Assembly: GCA_964569655.1 (NCBI GenBank)
Contig: CAZMTN010000002.1
Span: forward strand, 134,295-198,294
Length of the DNA: 64,000 bases
Direction: 5' to 3'
Origin: an uncultured Candidatus Saccharibacteria bacterium
GTDB taxonomy: Bacteria; Patescibacteriota; Minisyncoccia; Phycocordibacterales; Phycocordibacteraceae
This document shows positions 44,129 through 53,495 of this stretch, piece by piece. Position numbers and translations under genes: made by a program. The notes beneath the pieces were generated by a model. It had not been told where the DNA came from. It ran no database searches and saw only the letters and a program-made list of their open reading frames with translations. The first letter of the stretch is position 1, and every line of letters starts with the position of its first letter.

Positions 44129-44857
44129 CTACTCGATGATTCGTTGGATCTGTGCCGTTTGGACTTGTCCAGCGAATGCCTTGAAACGATTCTCTGTCAC
44201 GCGCAAGGCTTTTTGGTAAGGAGCCGGCAGGTCGCTATCGCGCTTTCCGATCGCGAAGAGTTCATCCTGAAACTTATCGAGCTCATGCAGGATCGAGCCG
44301 TAGTAGACGGGCCATATCCGATCGTCTGGTCGGGTTTCGGTTACCACTGTGCCCGGCCTCATGCCGCAGGTAAGGATGCCGACGAAAGGTTTGGGAACGA
44401 ACCATTCATCATGCGGCCTCGGCCCGTCTCCGGTTACGCCATTGCGCCAGTGCTTAAGCACCGACCTCAATCTTTCGGTGAAATCATAGTCCTCGTTCTC
44501 AAATTGCAGGTCCTGGACCGTCAGTTCGAGACCGCAGAAGTCTTTCCTCGGGTCATTTTGAAAGGTCAGGTGAGCGAAGGCGGATCCCAAGTCGGTTTTT
44601 ACCGACCGGACGATCAACACTAGGTCCGCCCGAAAATGAATCAATCCGACGCCCTTTCGGTCTGCAGAGAGAACCATCCGGATGAGGAGCTGATCCTGGC
44701 CTATCTTGAGCAGCTTGGGAAGCAGCTCCTCGTTCGTTTCGACTGCTAAAGAACTCATTCTTTCCTCCAATCGTCCTATCTCTTCGAGAATCGGACTATG
44801 GTTTAGCCTCTCAAGGAGGCAACGCCGGTACTCTACGCGCTGGGGAGGGGAAGTCAA
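44129..44857 (-). CDS. hypothetical protein (242 aa) in a lower-GC patch
   Basis: ORF only; composition differs from neighbours; no motif recognised. Confidence 0.45.
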   Translation of the reverse strand: MTSPPQRVEYRRCLLERLNHSPILEEIGRLEERMSSLAVETNEELLPKLLKIGQDQLLIRMVLSADRKGVGLIHFRADLVLIVRSVKTDLGSAFAHLTFQNDPRKDFCGLELTVQDLQFENEDYDFTERLRSVLKHWRNGVTGDGPRPHDEWFVPKPFVGILTCGMRPGTVVTETRPDDRIWPVYYGSILHELDKFQDELFAIGKRDSDLPAPYQKALRVTENRFKAFAGQVQTAQIQRIIE

Positions 44858-44882
44858 TGCGTGTGATACTGTTCTTGCACAT

Positions 44883-45689
44883 ATGCGCTACTTCGACGCC
44901 CACTGCCACATCCAGTTCGACCAGTTCAAGGATGACCGCGAAGCGCTGGTGAAATCCCTCCACGAGCGCGGCATCGGGGCACTGGTGGTCGGCACGGATG
45001 AGGCATCGTCACGTGCGGCCGCGGAATTCGTAGACGAAGAGCCGGAATTCTTCGCATCGGTCGGGCTCCATCCGAATCATGCGCCGGATTCCGTCTACGA
45101 CGAGCACGCGTTCCGGAATCTCCTCATGTACCCGAAGGTGGTCGCGATAGGGGAGTGCGGCCTCGACTACTACCGTCCCGAGGACGTGACGGAGGAGCTG
45201 AAGAAGAACCAGAAGGAGCTCTTCGAGAAGCATGTGCACCTCGCGGGGAAGACCAAGCGGCCGCTCATCGTGCATGCGCGCCCTTCAAAAAGGAGCATGG
45301 ACGCGTACCACGACGCGCTCGACATCATCCAGAGCGCGAAGCAGGAGTATGGCGACGCCCTCAAGGGAGACTTCCACTTCTTCGTAGGGGACAAGGACGT
45401 GGCGAAGCGCGCCTTCGAGGCGGACTTCACCATCTCCTATACGGCGGTCATCACCTTCGCCCGGGATTACGACGACGTTATCCGGTACGCCCCCCTGGAC
45501 CGCCTCCTCACCGAGACGGACGCCCCGTACGTGGCCCCGGCCCGCATCCGGGGACAAAGGAACGACCCGGGCTCGGTCATAGACGTGGTCCAGGCCCTTT
45601 CGGAGATCCGGACCGAGGACATGGAGAAGGTCCGGGAGGCCACCGTCCTGAACGCCGTACGGCTGTTTGCCCTGGGGGAAGGGGCGTGA
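44883..45689 (+). CDS. tatD: TatD-family metal-dependent DNase/hydrolase
   Basis: start at MRYFDAHCHIQF (HxH motif); TIM-barrel TatD motifs (GECGLDY, ETDAPY). Confidence 0.8.
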   Translation: MRYFDAHCHIQFDQFKDDREALVKSLHERGIGALVVGTDEASSRAAAEFVDEEPEFFASVGLHPNHAPDSVYDEHAFRNLLMYPKVVAIGECGLDYYRPEDVTEELKKNQKELFEKHVHLAGKTKRPLIVHARPSKRSMDAYHDALDIIQSAKQEYGDALKGDFHFFVGDKDVAKRAFEADFTISYTAVITFARDYDDVIRYAPLDRLLTETDAPYVAPARIRGQRNDPGSVIDVVQALSEIRTEDMEKVREATVLNAVRLFALGEGA

Positions 45690-45704
45690 TAGCATGCGTT
45701 CACT

Positions 45705-46172
45705 ATGGCTCGAAAGAAAGAAATCGAAGCAGACGTAGAGGCGGCTGACCCGTCCGAAGTCCGCGTATACGAGATCGCGTTCCACCTCGACCCGGAGCTC
45801 TCCGAGAGCGAGGCGAAGCGCGCGTACGAGGCTATCCGCGATGTCGCGGGAACGGTGGTCGCCGAGGGCGCCCCGGAGAAAGTCCAGCTCGCCTACACCA
45901 TCTCCCGCTCGGAGACCGCCGGCCGCCGCGACTTCGACTCAGCGCACTTCTGCTGGGTAGCGTACGAAGGTAACGCAGCCGTTCATGAGGCAGTGCAGGA
46001 GGCGGTCAAGGCCGAGAACCGCATCATCCGCTCGCTCGACATCCGCACGGAGAAGGAGGTAGCCCTCCACGCCGCCGAGATGCGTGAGCTCCGCGAGAAG
46101 GTCCCGGCCTCAGGAGAGGAGGAAGTGTCTGACGCAGAACTCAACGCCGCCCTCGAGGGAGCGAACGCCTAA
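45705..46172 (+). CDS. rpsF: 30S ribosomal protein S6 with acidic C-terminal tail
   Basis: 155 aa; YEIAFHLDP...QLAYTI S6 pattern; position upstream of ssb-rpsR. Confidence 0.7.
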   Translation: MARKKEIEADVEAADPSEVRVYEIAFHLDPELSESEAKRAYEAIRDVAGTVVAEGAPEKVQLAYTISRSETAGRRDFDSAHFCWVAYEGNAAVHEAVQEAVKAENRIIRSLDIRTEKEVALHAAEMRELREKVPASGEEEVSDAELNAALEGANA

Positions 46173-46175
46173 ATC

Positions 46176-46634
46176 ATGTACCTCAACAAAGTACTCCTCT
46201 ACGGCAACCTCACCCGCGATCCTGAAGCCCGCGCCCTCCCGGGCGGCGGCCAGGTCGTCACCTTCGGTCTCGCGACCAACCGCAGCTTCAAGGACAAGTC
46301 AGGCGCTCCGCGCGAGATGACCGAGTTCCATAACGTCGTAGCCTTCGGCCGCGTCGCCGAGGTCATGGCGCAGTACCTCAAGAAGGGGCGCCCGGTATAC
46401 GTCGAGGGACGCATCCAGACCCGTACCTGGGAGGCGGACGGGAAGAAGAACTACCGCACCGAGATCGTCGTCGATACCTTCCAGTTCGGCGCGGACGGCG
46501 GACGCGGGGGAGCTGCCGGCGGCCCAGCGCCGAAGGAGCAGGGAGCCAAGGCAGCTTCGGATTTCGAGGCGCCATCCTCAGAAGGCATCCAGTACCCGGA
46601 GGAGGATATCAACCCGGAAGACATTCCGTTTTAA
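46176..46634 (+). CDS. ssb: single-stranded DNA-binding protein
   Basis: 152 aa; OB-fold MYLNKVLLYGNLTRDPE; Gly-rich linker; acidic C-terminal tip (EDIPF). Confidence 0.88.
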   Translation: MYLNKVLLYGNLTRDPEARALPGGGQVVTFGLATNRSFKDKSGAPREMTEFHNVVAFGRVAEVMAQYLKKGRPVYVEGRIQTRTWEADGKKNYRTEIVVDTFQFGADGGRGGAAGGPAPKEQGAKAASDFEAPSSEGIQYPEEDINPEDIPF

Positions 46635-46651
46635 GCTTTAAATAATCAGGT

Positions 46652-46858
46652 ATGGCACATCAGGCAGAACGAGAGGAGATCGAGCACAAGAAGTACGTCG
46701 ACTACAAGGATGTCGGCTACTTGAAGCTCTTCACCGACCCGCACGCGCGTATGGTCGCTCGCAAGCGCACCGGCGTACAGGCAGAGCGTCAGCGCGAGAT
46801 CGCGCTCGCGATCAAGCGCGCCCGCTACATGGGCCTCCTCCCATACCTCCAGGCGTAA
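46652..46858 (+). CDS. rpsR: 30S ribosomal protein S18
   Basis: 68 aa; YLKLFTDPHARMVARKRTGV...RARYMGLLPY. Confidence 0.85.
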   Translation: MAHQAEREEIEHKKYVDYKDVGYLKLFTDPHARMVARKRTGVQAERQREIALAIKRARYMGLLPYLQA

Positions 46859-46876
46859 AGCCCGGGAAGGAAAGCA

Positions 46877-46906
46877 GAGAAACCGGCATGAGCCGGTTTC
46901 TTGCGT
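46877..46906 (+). terminator. rho-independent terminator after rpsR
   Basis: gaaaccggc-atga-gccggtttc followed by TTGCGTTT. Confidence 0.6.
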
Positions 46907-46962
46907 TTATAGAGACGCTCGGGCAGTATGCGTGCAGGTGCAACTTCAAACGGGGGAACCCA

Positions 46963-47427
46963 ATGGAAAAGACGTCATCGAACCTCACCCAAGTCCTTGC
47001 CGGAAACGTGATGCCGGACTTCGCGAAGCGGGGCGGTCTCATTGTGGCCATCGCCCAAGACTATCTGACCAAGGAAATCCTGATGCAGGCCTGGACCAAC
47101 GAAGCCTGTCATCGGGAGACTGTCGCCACCGGCGAAGTCGTCTATTTCTCGACCAGCAAGCAGGAGCGCTGGAAGAAAGGCGAGACCAGCGGACACATCC
47201 AGAAGGTCATGAGCATGCGGATCGATTGCGACCTCGACTGCATCATCTACTTCGTCGAACAGGTCGGCGGCGCTTGCCACACGCATGCGCGCAGCTGCTT
47301 CTTCCGCGACGTGATCGGCGGCCATCTCACCATGGACGTGCCGAAGCCTGAGGATGCAACGGATGCCGACGTGGTGCAGATTGAAACCCATATCGACATC
47401 GCCCGCCGTTCTGCTCGCCAAGCCTAA
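46963..47427 (+). CDS. hisI: phosphoribosyl-AMP cyclohydrolase (HisI) family protein, stand-alone
   Basis: start at MEKTSS with GGGGGA Shine-Dalgarno; motifs GETSGHIQKV, IDCDLDCIIYFVEQVGGACHT, SCFF. Confidence 0.7.
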   Translation: MEKTSSNLTQVLAGNVMPDFAKRGGLIVAIAQDYLTKEILMQAWTNEACHRETVATGEVVYFSTSKQERWKKGETSGHIQKVMSMRIDCDLDCIIYFVEQVGGACHTHARSCFFRDVIGGHLTMDVPKPEDATDADVVQIETHIDIARRSARQA

Positions 47428-47442
47428 GGGCGCGCAAAAGGC

Positions 47443-47479
47443 AAAAGCCCCCGGAGAAATCCGGGGGCTTTTTCTTTCC
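47443..47479. terminator. bidirectional rho-independent terminator between hisI (+) and efp (-)
   Basis: aaaagcccccgg-agaaat-ccgggggcttttt. Confidence 0.7.
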
Positions 47480-47481
47480 CG

Positions 47482-48057
47482 TTACGCCTTACTTACGCGC
47501 TCCACGTACTCGCCGGTCTCCGTGTTGATCTTGATCACGTCGCCCTCGTTGATGAAGAGCGGGGTGTTCACGGTAGCCCCGGACTCAAGGCCGACCTGCT
47601 TGCTGCCGCCGGAGACGGTGTCTCCCTTCACTGCCGGAGCGGCCTCCGTCACTTTCAAGTCAACCTTGATCGGGATCTTGATGGTTACCGGCTTGTCCTT
47701 GTAGACGAGCACTTCAACCTCGGCGTTGGTGATGAGCCACTGCACCTGATCGTGCACGGCCTCCTCCTTGAAGGAGAAGCGGTTCTTCGGGTTGCCGACC
47801 TCGGTGAACCAGGACTCGCCGCGGTTGGTGTAGAGGTAGACGGCGTCCATCTTCTCAATGTCCGCCTCGGAAATGGTCTCGGACTGGTGGAAGGAGATCT
47901 CGATCACGCGGCCGGAGATGATGTTCCGGAGCTTGGTCTGGTTGACGGGCTTGCGCATCTGCATGCGGAAGATGTGGGACGAGAGGACCTCGTACGGGGC
48001 GTTTTCGTACTCGATCACCGTCTTCGGGAGGATCTCGTTGTATGAGAGGACTGCCAT
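47482..48057 (-). CDS. efp: translation elongation factor P
   Basis: 191 aa; KOW-like N-domain and two OB domains; EF-P conserved blocks. Confidence 0.88.
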   Translation of the reverse strand: MAVLSYNEILPKTVIEYENAPYEVLSSHIFRMQMRKPVNQTKLRNIISGRVIEISFHQSETISEADIEKMDAVYLYTNRGESWFTEVGNPKNRFSFKEEAVHDQVQWLITNAEVEVLVYKDKPVTIKIPIKVDLKVTEAAPAVKGDTVSGGSKQVGLESGATVNTPLFINEGDVIKINTETGEYVERVSKA

Positions 48058-48092
48058 AGGAAACGTTGGTTAAGGTCTGATGGTTATAAAAA

Positions 48093-48701
48093 ATGCCCGG
48101 AAAGCGGGATAACTGTATGATACAGGACGTGACCGCATTTTCAACCGAGGTCCTGAACGCCCTCTCAGACGAGGACATCCTCCGCCTTTCCCGCTCCGAG
48201 CCGGGCGCGTTCCGCGTGCTCGTGAAGCGGTACGAGGATGCCTTCCTCCGGAAGGCCCGGAGCATCCTCGTGAGCCCGGAGGACGCGGAGGAAGTGGTCC
48301 AGGACGCCTTCACCCGCATCTACCTCTACGCGGACCGCTATGCGGTGCAGGAGGGAGCTTCGTTCTCGTCTTGGGCGTATACCATCCTCACGAGGCTCGC
48401 GTTCACCCGGTACCAGAAGCTTCGGAAGCTCAATCGGGTATCGGCCGCTCTCGACCCGGAAGTATTCGAGCGCCTTCCAGACAAGGGTGACTTCGTTGAG
48501 GATCTCTCGGTCCGCAACGAGGTGCTCATGGTCCTCGCGAAGCTGCCGGAAGCGATGAGCCGTGCGCTCAGGCTCCAGTTCCTCGAAGGGAAGACGCAGG
48601 AGGAGATCGCATCCGCAGAAGGGAGCACCGTATCCGCCATTAAGACGCGCGTGCACCGCGCGAAGAAACTATTCAAAGACACCTATGACGAACAACGCTG
48701 A
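48093..48701 (+). CDS. RNA polymerase sigma-70 factor, ECF subfamily
   Basis: 202 aa (alternative start at 48117); region 2 (FRVLVKRYEDAFLRKA...DAFTRIY) and region 4 HTH (QEEIASAEGSTVSAIKTRVHRA). Confidence 0.75.
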   Translation: MPGKRDNCMIQDVTAFSTEVLNALSDEDILRLSRSEPGAFRVLVKRYEDAFLRKARSILVSPEDAEEVVQDAFTRIYLYADRYAVQEGASFSSWAYTILTRLAFTRYQKLRKLNRVSAALDPEVFERLPDKGDFVEDLSVRNEVLMVLAKLPEAMSRALRLQFLEGKTQEEIASAEGSTVSAIKTRVHRAKKLFKDTYDEQR

Positions 48702-48993
48702 TATCGAATCCGTCGTGATGCGCCGCGTGCGCGTCATCCACTACTCGCGCCTCTTGCTGAGCGGCTCCGCGCTTGCGCTCGTGATCGCCGCGCTCGCGCT
48801 CTACGGCATCGGCAGGGAAGTATGGGTAGCGAAGGTCTTTGAGAACGTGCCGGGAGACTTCCTTGGCGCCATCCAGTTCTTCCTCTATGCGTTCGGGCAC
48901 ACGGAATTCCTGGTGCAGGCGCTCACGCTCGTCACGGGAGCCGCCGTGCTCTGGGTGCTGAAGGATATCGGGCGCGTGGTGCGCTTCGCGTAA
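48685..48993 (+). CDS. small membrane protein, candidate anti-sigma factor partner
   Basis: 102 aa; 2-3 TM helices; overlaps the sigma gene stop by 17 nt. Confidence 0.45.
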   Translation: MTNNADIESVVMRRVRVIHYSRLLLSGSALALVIAALALYGIGREVWVAKVFENVPGDFLGAIQFFLYAFGHTEFLVQALTLVTGAAVLWVLKDIGRVVRFA

Positions 48994-48996
48994 AGG

Positions 48997-49026
48997 AAAA
49001 GGCCCGGGGGTTCCGGGCCTTTCTTA
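48997..49026. terminator. bidirectional rho-independent terminator
   Basis: aaaaggcccgg-gggttc-cgggccttt. Confidence 0.65.
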
Positions 49027-49374
49027 CGCAACAAGCTCTTCGATCTCGAACTCAGGATGGATCGGGAGGGTGATGACCTGCCGGAAGCCGAACGGGCGCA
49101 GGTCGTACTGGCGCTTGAGCCGCAGGGCGTCGATGTCCCTGCCAGCCTCTCTAAGGCTCTCGTAGAGCGCGAGCAGCTCCACGATCCAGCATTGGTTCGC
49201 CATGAGGCCCGAGGGGCAGTACCCGAACGCTATGGTGACGCTCACGACTCCGCCCTTCGGTATGGGCGGCAGCTTGAACGGGCCGAACCGGATCGCCTCG
49301 ACAGTGAGCCCGAGGAGCAGCTTTTGCAAGTGTGAGCCGCTTTCCGCGACCCGCACCACGTGAATGCGGGCCAT
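49024..49374 (-). CDS. hypothetical protein (116 aa)
   Basis: ORF only. Confidence 0.4.
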   Translation of the reverse strand: MARIHVVRVAESGSHLQKLLLGLTVEAIRFGPFKLPPIPKGGVVSVTIAFGYCPSGLMANQCWIVELLALYESLREAGRDIDALRLKRQYDLRPFGFRQVITLPIHPEFEIEELVA

Positions 49375-49514
49375 ATGGGCCTCCTTTCTCTTCTGTGTCC
49401 ACCATAGCAGAAGGGACGCTCGGAATCACGCGGCGGTTGTATTTTCCCGGCGCCTGGTATGTAATGGCCCGAGCGCCGCGGATGAGCCGCGGCTTTGTAC
49501 AAACAGGGGGCGAC

Positions 49515-49982
49515 ATGGAGTATCTCAGCATTATCCTGGACGCAGCCGCGTCCAATACAGGCTATCTCGGCCTGTGGGTCGTACTTCTCGTGTGCATCGG
49601 CTTTCTCCTGCAGTTCCTGCCGTATCCGGAGACGGTATCGGAACCGGATCCGCACGGGATGCTCGGGAACGTCACGAGCACGCTGCAGCAGGAGCTCAAC
49701 CTGCAGGGATACGAAGCCTTCGATTTCATGCCGAGCAGGTGGATGACGGAAGTCGTCCGCATAATCGGCGGGAAGCCGCGCACGCTCATGCGCGTGCGCA
49801 TCTCGCTCCCGTCCGGAGAACCGGTACGCATGGCCGCATACTGGGACATGAGTCCGAGGCGAGGGCTCAGGTCCTTCTACGGCCTCCATGAGGAAGCCAG
49901 GCTCCTTGATGACGTCCTCGCGTACCTGCGGGAGCACGAGGCCATCCTCATCCTCGAACAAGAAGCGGAAGCCGCGCAGTGA
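49515..49982 (+). CDS. hypothetical membrane protein (155 aa)
   Basis: start at MEYLSI; TM helix; upstream of sppA. Confidence 0.45.
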   Translation: MEYLSIILDAAASNTGYLGLWVVLLVCIGFLLQFLPYPETVSEPDPHGMLGNVTSTLQQELNLQGYEAFDFMPSRWMTEVVRIIGGKPRTLMRVRISLPSGEPVRMAAYWDMSPRRGLRSFYGLHEEARLLDDVLAYLREHEAILILEQEAEAAQ

Positions 49983-50048
49983 TGCGCGGCTTTTACGTTG
50001 CTGGGCATAACTCTCCAGGGAAGCCCATCCTGCCCGTACTATGGGCGC

Positions 50049-50894
50049 ATGACTCCATATCACGGCATCCTCCGGGGAATCCTGTTCTTCACGGGCGTCC
50101 TTATCACGTTCTATATCGGCCTCGCGCTCTGGGGCTCCTGGTACGACGAATGGAGCGGATACAACGCGAGCGTTTCGGTGAGCGACGGCTACTGCACCAT
50201 CGCCGTCCTTTCGATCACGGGCGACGTGTACGGTTCCGGCGTCTCGTACGACGAATCCGGCAACGAGCTCCTCTCGATGGACCCGGACACCTTCGGCTCG
50301 GAGCTCCGCCGCGCAGAGGCGGACCCGAATATCCTCGGCGTCCTTGTGCAGGTGGACTCGGGCGGCGGCTCCCCGGTAGGCGGGGAGATGCTCGCTGAGC
50401 TCCTGAAGACGTCTCCGCTCCCGAGCGCCGCCGTAATCCGCGATATGGGAGCGTCTGCCGCGTATCTTGCAGCCACGGGCGCGGACACTATCATCGCATC
50501 CCCATTCTCGAACGTAGGCAGCATCGGCATCACCATGTCGTACCTTAATTACGCGGAGCAGAACGAACTGAGCGGCATCTCGTACGAGGCGCTCTCGTCC
50601 GTGCCGTTCAAGGATGCGGGAAGCCAGGATAAGGAGCTCACCGCTGAGGAGCGGGCCCGCTTCGAGGAGGACCTCGCGTTCTTCCATGACGAGTTCGTGC
50701 GGATGGTCGCGGCGAATCGGAACATCCCGGTAGAGGAGGTTGCTGCTATCGCGGATGGTGCGACGCTCCCAGCCGCGCTCGCGCTTAAGGCGAAGCTCAT
50801 CGACGCCATCGGCAACGAGGAGACCGCCCGCCTCTGGTTCGCTGAGCAGCTCGGCCTCGATGCTACGGACGTTGCCATCTGCTATCCGTGGTAG
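50049..50894 (+). CDS. sppA: signal peptide peptidase SppA (S49 family, 36K type)
   Basis: start at MTPYHG; N-terminal TM; ClpP/crotonase fold with Ser (GASAAYLAATGADTI) and Lys catalytic region. Confidence 0.75.
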   Translation: MTPYHGILRGILFFTGVLITFYIGLALWGSWYDEWSGYNASVSVSDGYCTIAVLSITGDVYGSGVSYDESGNELLSMDPDTFGSELRRAEADPNILGVLVQVDSGGGSPVGGEMLAELLKTSPLPSAAVIRDMGASAAYLAATGADTIIASPFSNVGSIGITMSYLNYAEQNELSGISYEALSSVPFKDAGSQDKELTAEERARFEEDLAFFHDEFVRMVAANRNIPVEEVAAIADGATLPAALALKAKLIDAIGNEETARLWFAEQLGLDATDVAICYPW

Positions 50895-50989
50895 TGGTGC
50901 GATTCGCGTAAATAGGATATAGAAAGGGCAGAGGCACGTGGTGCCGTTAGGATTTTCACCTCAGCCAATGGCTGAAGAAGGGAAGTGTC

Positions 50990-51481
50990 ATGTACTTTTG
51001 GTTGGCAATAGTAGTTGCCATTAGTGTCGCGGCGCATGCCGCGATAGCATGGCGGATCGAGAAGCGCGTCTTCGAAAACGGGTACGGCTTCTGGAAGAGG
51101 CACGCACGTAGGAAGATGCGTCGCAAATACGGGCAGAAGCGGCGAATCGCGCAGATCATGAACGAGTTGCGCAAGGTAGCGGACGAGGCCATCGTTGAGC
51201 GCAAGGCAGCGGGCAAAAGCGCTTACGAGACGGAGACCTTCGAGCCGAACCCTTTCAGCAAGGTCCTCATGGTCCATGAGCCGCAGCTGTTCGTCGAAGC
51301 CGGGCCTCTCATCCCTGCCAGCGATCCGGTTCTGTGTGTGCAGGTAAGTCGGGACATCCGTGCGCCCTGCATCCTGCTTTCCACTTACTATCCCAAGGAA
51401 GGGAAGTACCCCTTCGGTCCGGATCTGAGGGGTCTTGAAGACTTGAAGTGCGTCATCGCCGAATGCATCAGGGCGGCCTGA
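50990..51481 (+). CDS. hypothetical membrane-anchored protein (163 aa)
   Basis: ORF; N-terminal TM; followed by a terminator. Confidence 0.45.
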   Translation: MYFWLAIVVAISVAAHAAIAWRIEKRVFENGYGFWKRHARRKMRRKYGQKRRIAQIMNELRKVADEAIVERKAAGKSAYETETFEPNPFSKVLMVHEPQLFVEAGPLIPASDPVLCVQVSRDIRAPCILLSTYYPKEGKYPFGPDLRGLEDLKCVIAECIRAA

Positions 51482-51490
51482 CCCTGATGC

Positions 51491-51526
51491 GAAAGCCCGC
51501 GGATACGACCGCGGGCTTTTCTTTTC
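51491..51526 (+). terminator. rho-independent terminator
   Basis: gaaagcccgcgg-atacga-ccgcgggctttt. Confidence 0.65.
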
Positions 51527-51529
51527 CGT

Positions 51530-52054
51530 TTGACATCCTGTTCTGCGGGCTGGTACCTTGCTCCGAGGAGTGCAGTATCACAGCTGCGCGAGATTCTGGA
51601 GGGTGAGATGTTGCTGTTCATTGAATCGATTGCATTTAACGAGACCGCACAGCGGTTGATTATGTCCGTCGGGCTGATAGCCCTGATCTTCATCGCATGG
51701 CTCTTCATCAGGGTCACGCCGAAGAATGTGCTCGGCAGGATAGAGCATCGTGTGAAAATGGAGATCGATGCTCCCGCCTACGACCTCGCTGGCCTCTCAG
51801 TGATACGGGTGGGGAAGGCTGTGGTCATCTGCCGCGACCAGGACCGGGTCCGTGTCCTCCGGATCTGGCTGCCGCCATGCCCGAAGCATGAGGAGCCGGT
51901 CCTCAAGGCGACGTGGTATGAAGGCGATATCGAATCGCCGCAGGCGCTATTCGAGGTGTCAGGGAAGGGTATAACGCATCTCATGAATGAGGCGCGCGTG
52001 TGCCTGGGCAGGTATCGGGTCAGGGAGTCAGAGCTGGCGCATGAAGCGCTCTAA
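51530..52054 (+). CDS. hypothetical membrane-anchored protein (start possibly at internal Met 51609)
   Basis: ORF; TM helix IMSVGLIALIFIAWLFI; TTGACA at 51526 upstream. Confidence 0.4.
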   Translation: MTSCSAGWYLAPRSAVSQLREILEGEMLLFIESIAFNETAQRLIMSVGLIALIFIAWLFIRVTPKNVLGRIEHRVKMEIDAPAYDLAGLSVIRVGKAVVICRDQDRVRVLRIWLPPCPKHEEPVLKATWYEGDIESPQALFEVSGKGITHLMNEARVCLGRYRVRESELAHEAL

Positions 52055-52067
52055 GTTCTTAGGACGA

Positions 52068-52098
52068 AGAAGGCCCGCAGGGAACTGCGGGCCTTTTC
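52068..52098. terminator. bidirectional rho-independent terminator after recA
   Basis: aggcccgcag-ggaa-ctgcgggcctttt. Confidence 0.65.
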
Positions 52099-53151
52099 CT
52101 ATTCCGCTGCGAGCTTCGCGCGGATCTGCTTCAGTATCTCGTTCGCAATCGGCTTGTTCTCGCGGAGGAAGGTGCGGGTGTTGTCGTACCCGACCGCGAG
52201 CTTCTGGTCGCCGAACTTATAGGTATTGCCGGACTTCTCTACGATCTCGTACTTCTCGCCGAGCGCGATGAGCTCGCCCTCGCGGGAGATGCCCTCGTTA
52301 TAGAGGAGGTCGAACTCGGTGGTCTTGAACGGGGCCGCGACCTTGTTCTTCACCACCTTCACGCGCACGCGGCCGCCCACCACTTCCTCTCCCTTCTTGA
52401 TGGAGGCGATGCGGCGGATGTCGAGGCGGACCGAGGTGTAGAACTTGAGTGCCTTGCCGCCGGTGGTCGTCTCAGGGTTGCCGAACATGACGCCGAGCTG
52501 CATGCGGATCTGGTTGATGAAGATGATGATGGTCTTCGACTTCGCTGTGATGGCGGTGAGCTTTCTGAGCGCCTGGGACATGAGGCGGGCCTGCTTTCCC
52601 ATCTGCGCCTGGCCCATGTCTCCCTCGATCTCATCCTTAGGCGTGAGCGCGGCGACGGAGTCCACGACGATCATGTCGATATTCCCGGAGCGGACCAGCG
52701 ACTCGACGATCTCGAGCGCCTGCTCTCCCGTGTCCGGCTGCGAGATGAGGAGCTCTTCGAGCTTCACGCCGATGCGGCGCGCGTACTCGGGATCGAGCGC
52801 GTGCTCCGCGTCCACGAATGCGCAGATGCCGCCCTTCTTCTGCGCCTCAGCGATGGAATGGAGCGAGAGCGTCGTCTTGCCGGAAGACTCGGGGCCGTAG
52901 ATCTCGATGATGCGGCCGCGGGGAAGTCCGCCGATGCCGAGCGCGGCATCGAGCCCGATGGAGCCGGTCGAGACGGAAGCGATGGCCGCCGGCTTCGTCG
53001 AGCCGTAGGTCATGATGGCCTCGTCGCCGAACTTCGTCCGGATCTCCTTCATCGCGATGTCGATCGACTTCTGGCGGTCGGTGCCGCTTGTGGACGGCTC
53101 GGCCGTCTCTTCAGCGGCTGCTTGCTTCTTCGTGGCGGGTTTCTTGGGCAT
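52099..53151 (-). CDS. recA: recombinase RecA
   Basis: 350 aa; Walker [10 protein letters not shown]; L1/L2 loops; RecA signature [14 protein letters not shown]. Confidence 0.93.
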   Translation of the reverse strand: MPKKPATKKQAAAEETAEPSTSGTDRQKSIDIAMKEIRTKFGDEAIMTYGSTKPAAIASVSTGSIGLDAALGIGGLPRGRIIEIYGPESSGKTTLSLHSIAEAQKKGGICAFVDAEHALDPEYARRIGVKLEELLISQPDTGEQALEIVESLVRSGNIDMIVVDSVAALTPKDEIEGDMGQAQMGKQARLMSQALRKLTAITAKSKTIIIFINQIRMQLGVMFGNPETTTGGKALKFYTSVRLDIRRIASIKKGEEVVGGRVRVKVVKNKVAAPFKTTEFDLLYNEGISREGELIALGEKYEIVEKSGNTYKFGDQKLAVGYDNTRTFLRENKPIANEILKQIRAKLAAE

Positions 53152-53165
53152 AGTTCAAAAATTAA

Positions 53166-53492
53166 TCACGGCACGTAGACCGATGTCTGCTTGGTAATGC
53201 TCCTCCCGAATCGGTCTGACGCGGTTAGGGTAAGTATAGCGCTCCCCCGGGGAAGCACGATGAGGCGCGAAAAGTTGCCTGCCTCGTCTATGAGGAGGGG
53301 TGACCCGTTAAGGGAGAGTGAATTCACCCGGGAGGCGACCCCGGCGACCTCAACCATGCCGCCGAGCGCGGCAGCCCCTTCCTGGGGGGTGGTGAGGACC
53401 AGGTCCGGGCCCGCAAGCAGCGGAGCGGCCTCCAGGGCCCCGTACCCGACCAGGATGACGAGCACGACGGCGATGAGGGAGCGGGTGAGCAT
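53166..53492 (-). CDS. small membrane-anchored hypothetical protein between ftsK and recA
   Basis: 108 aa; N-terminal TM helix. Confidence 0.4.
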   Translation of the reverse strand: MLTRSLIAVVLVILVGYGALEAAPLLAGPDLVLTTPQEGAAALGGMVEVAGVASRVNSLSLNGSPLLIDEAGNFSRLIVLPRGSAILTLTASDRFGRSITKQTSVYVP

Positions 53493-53495
53493 CGG

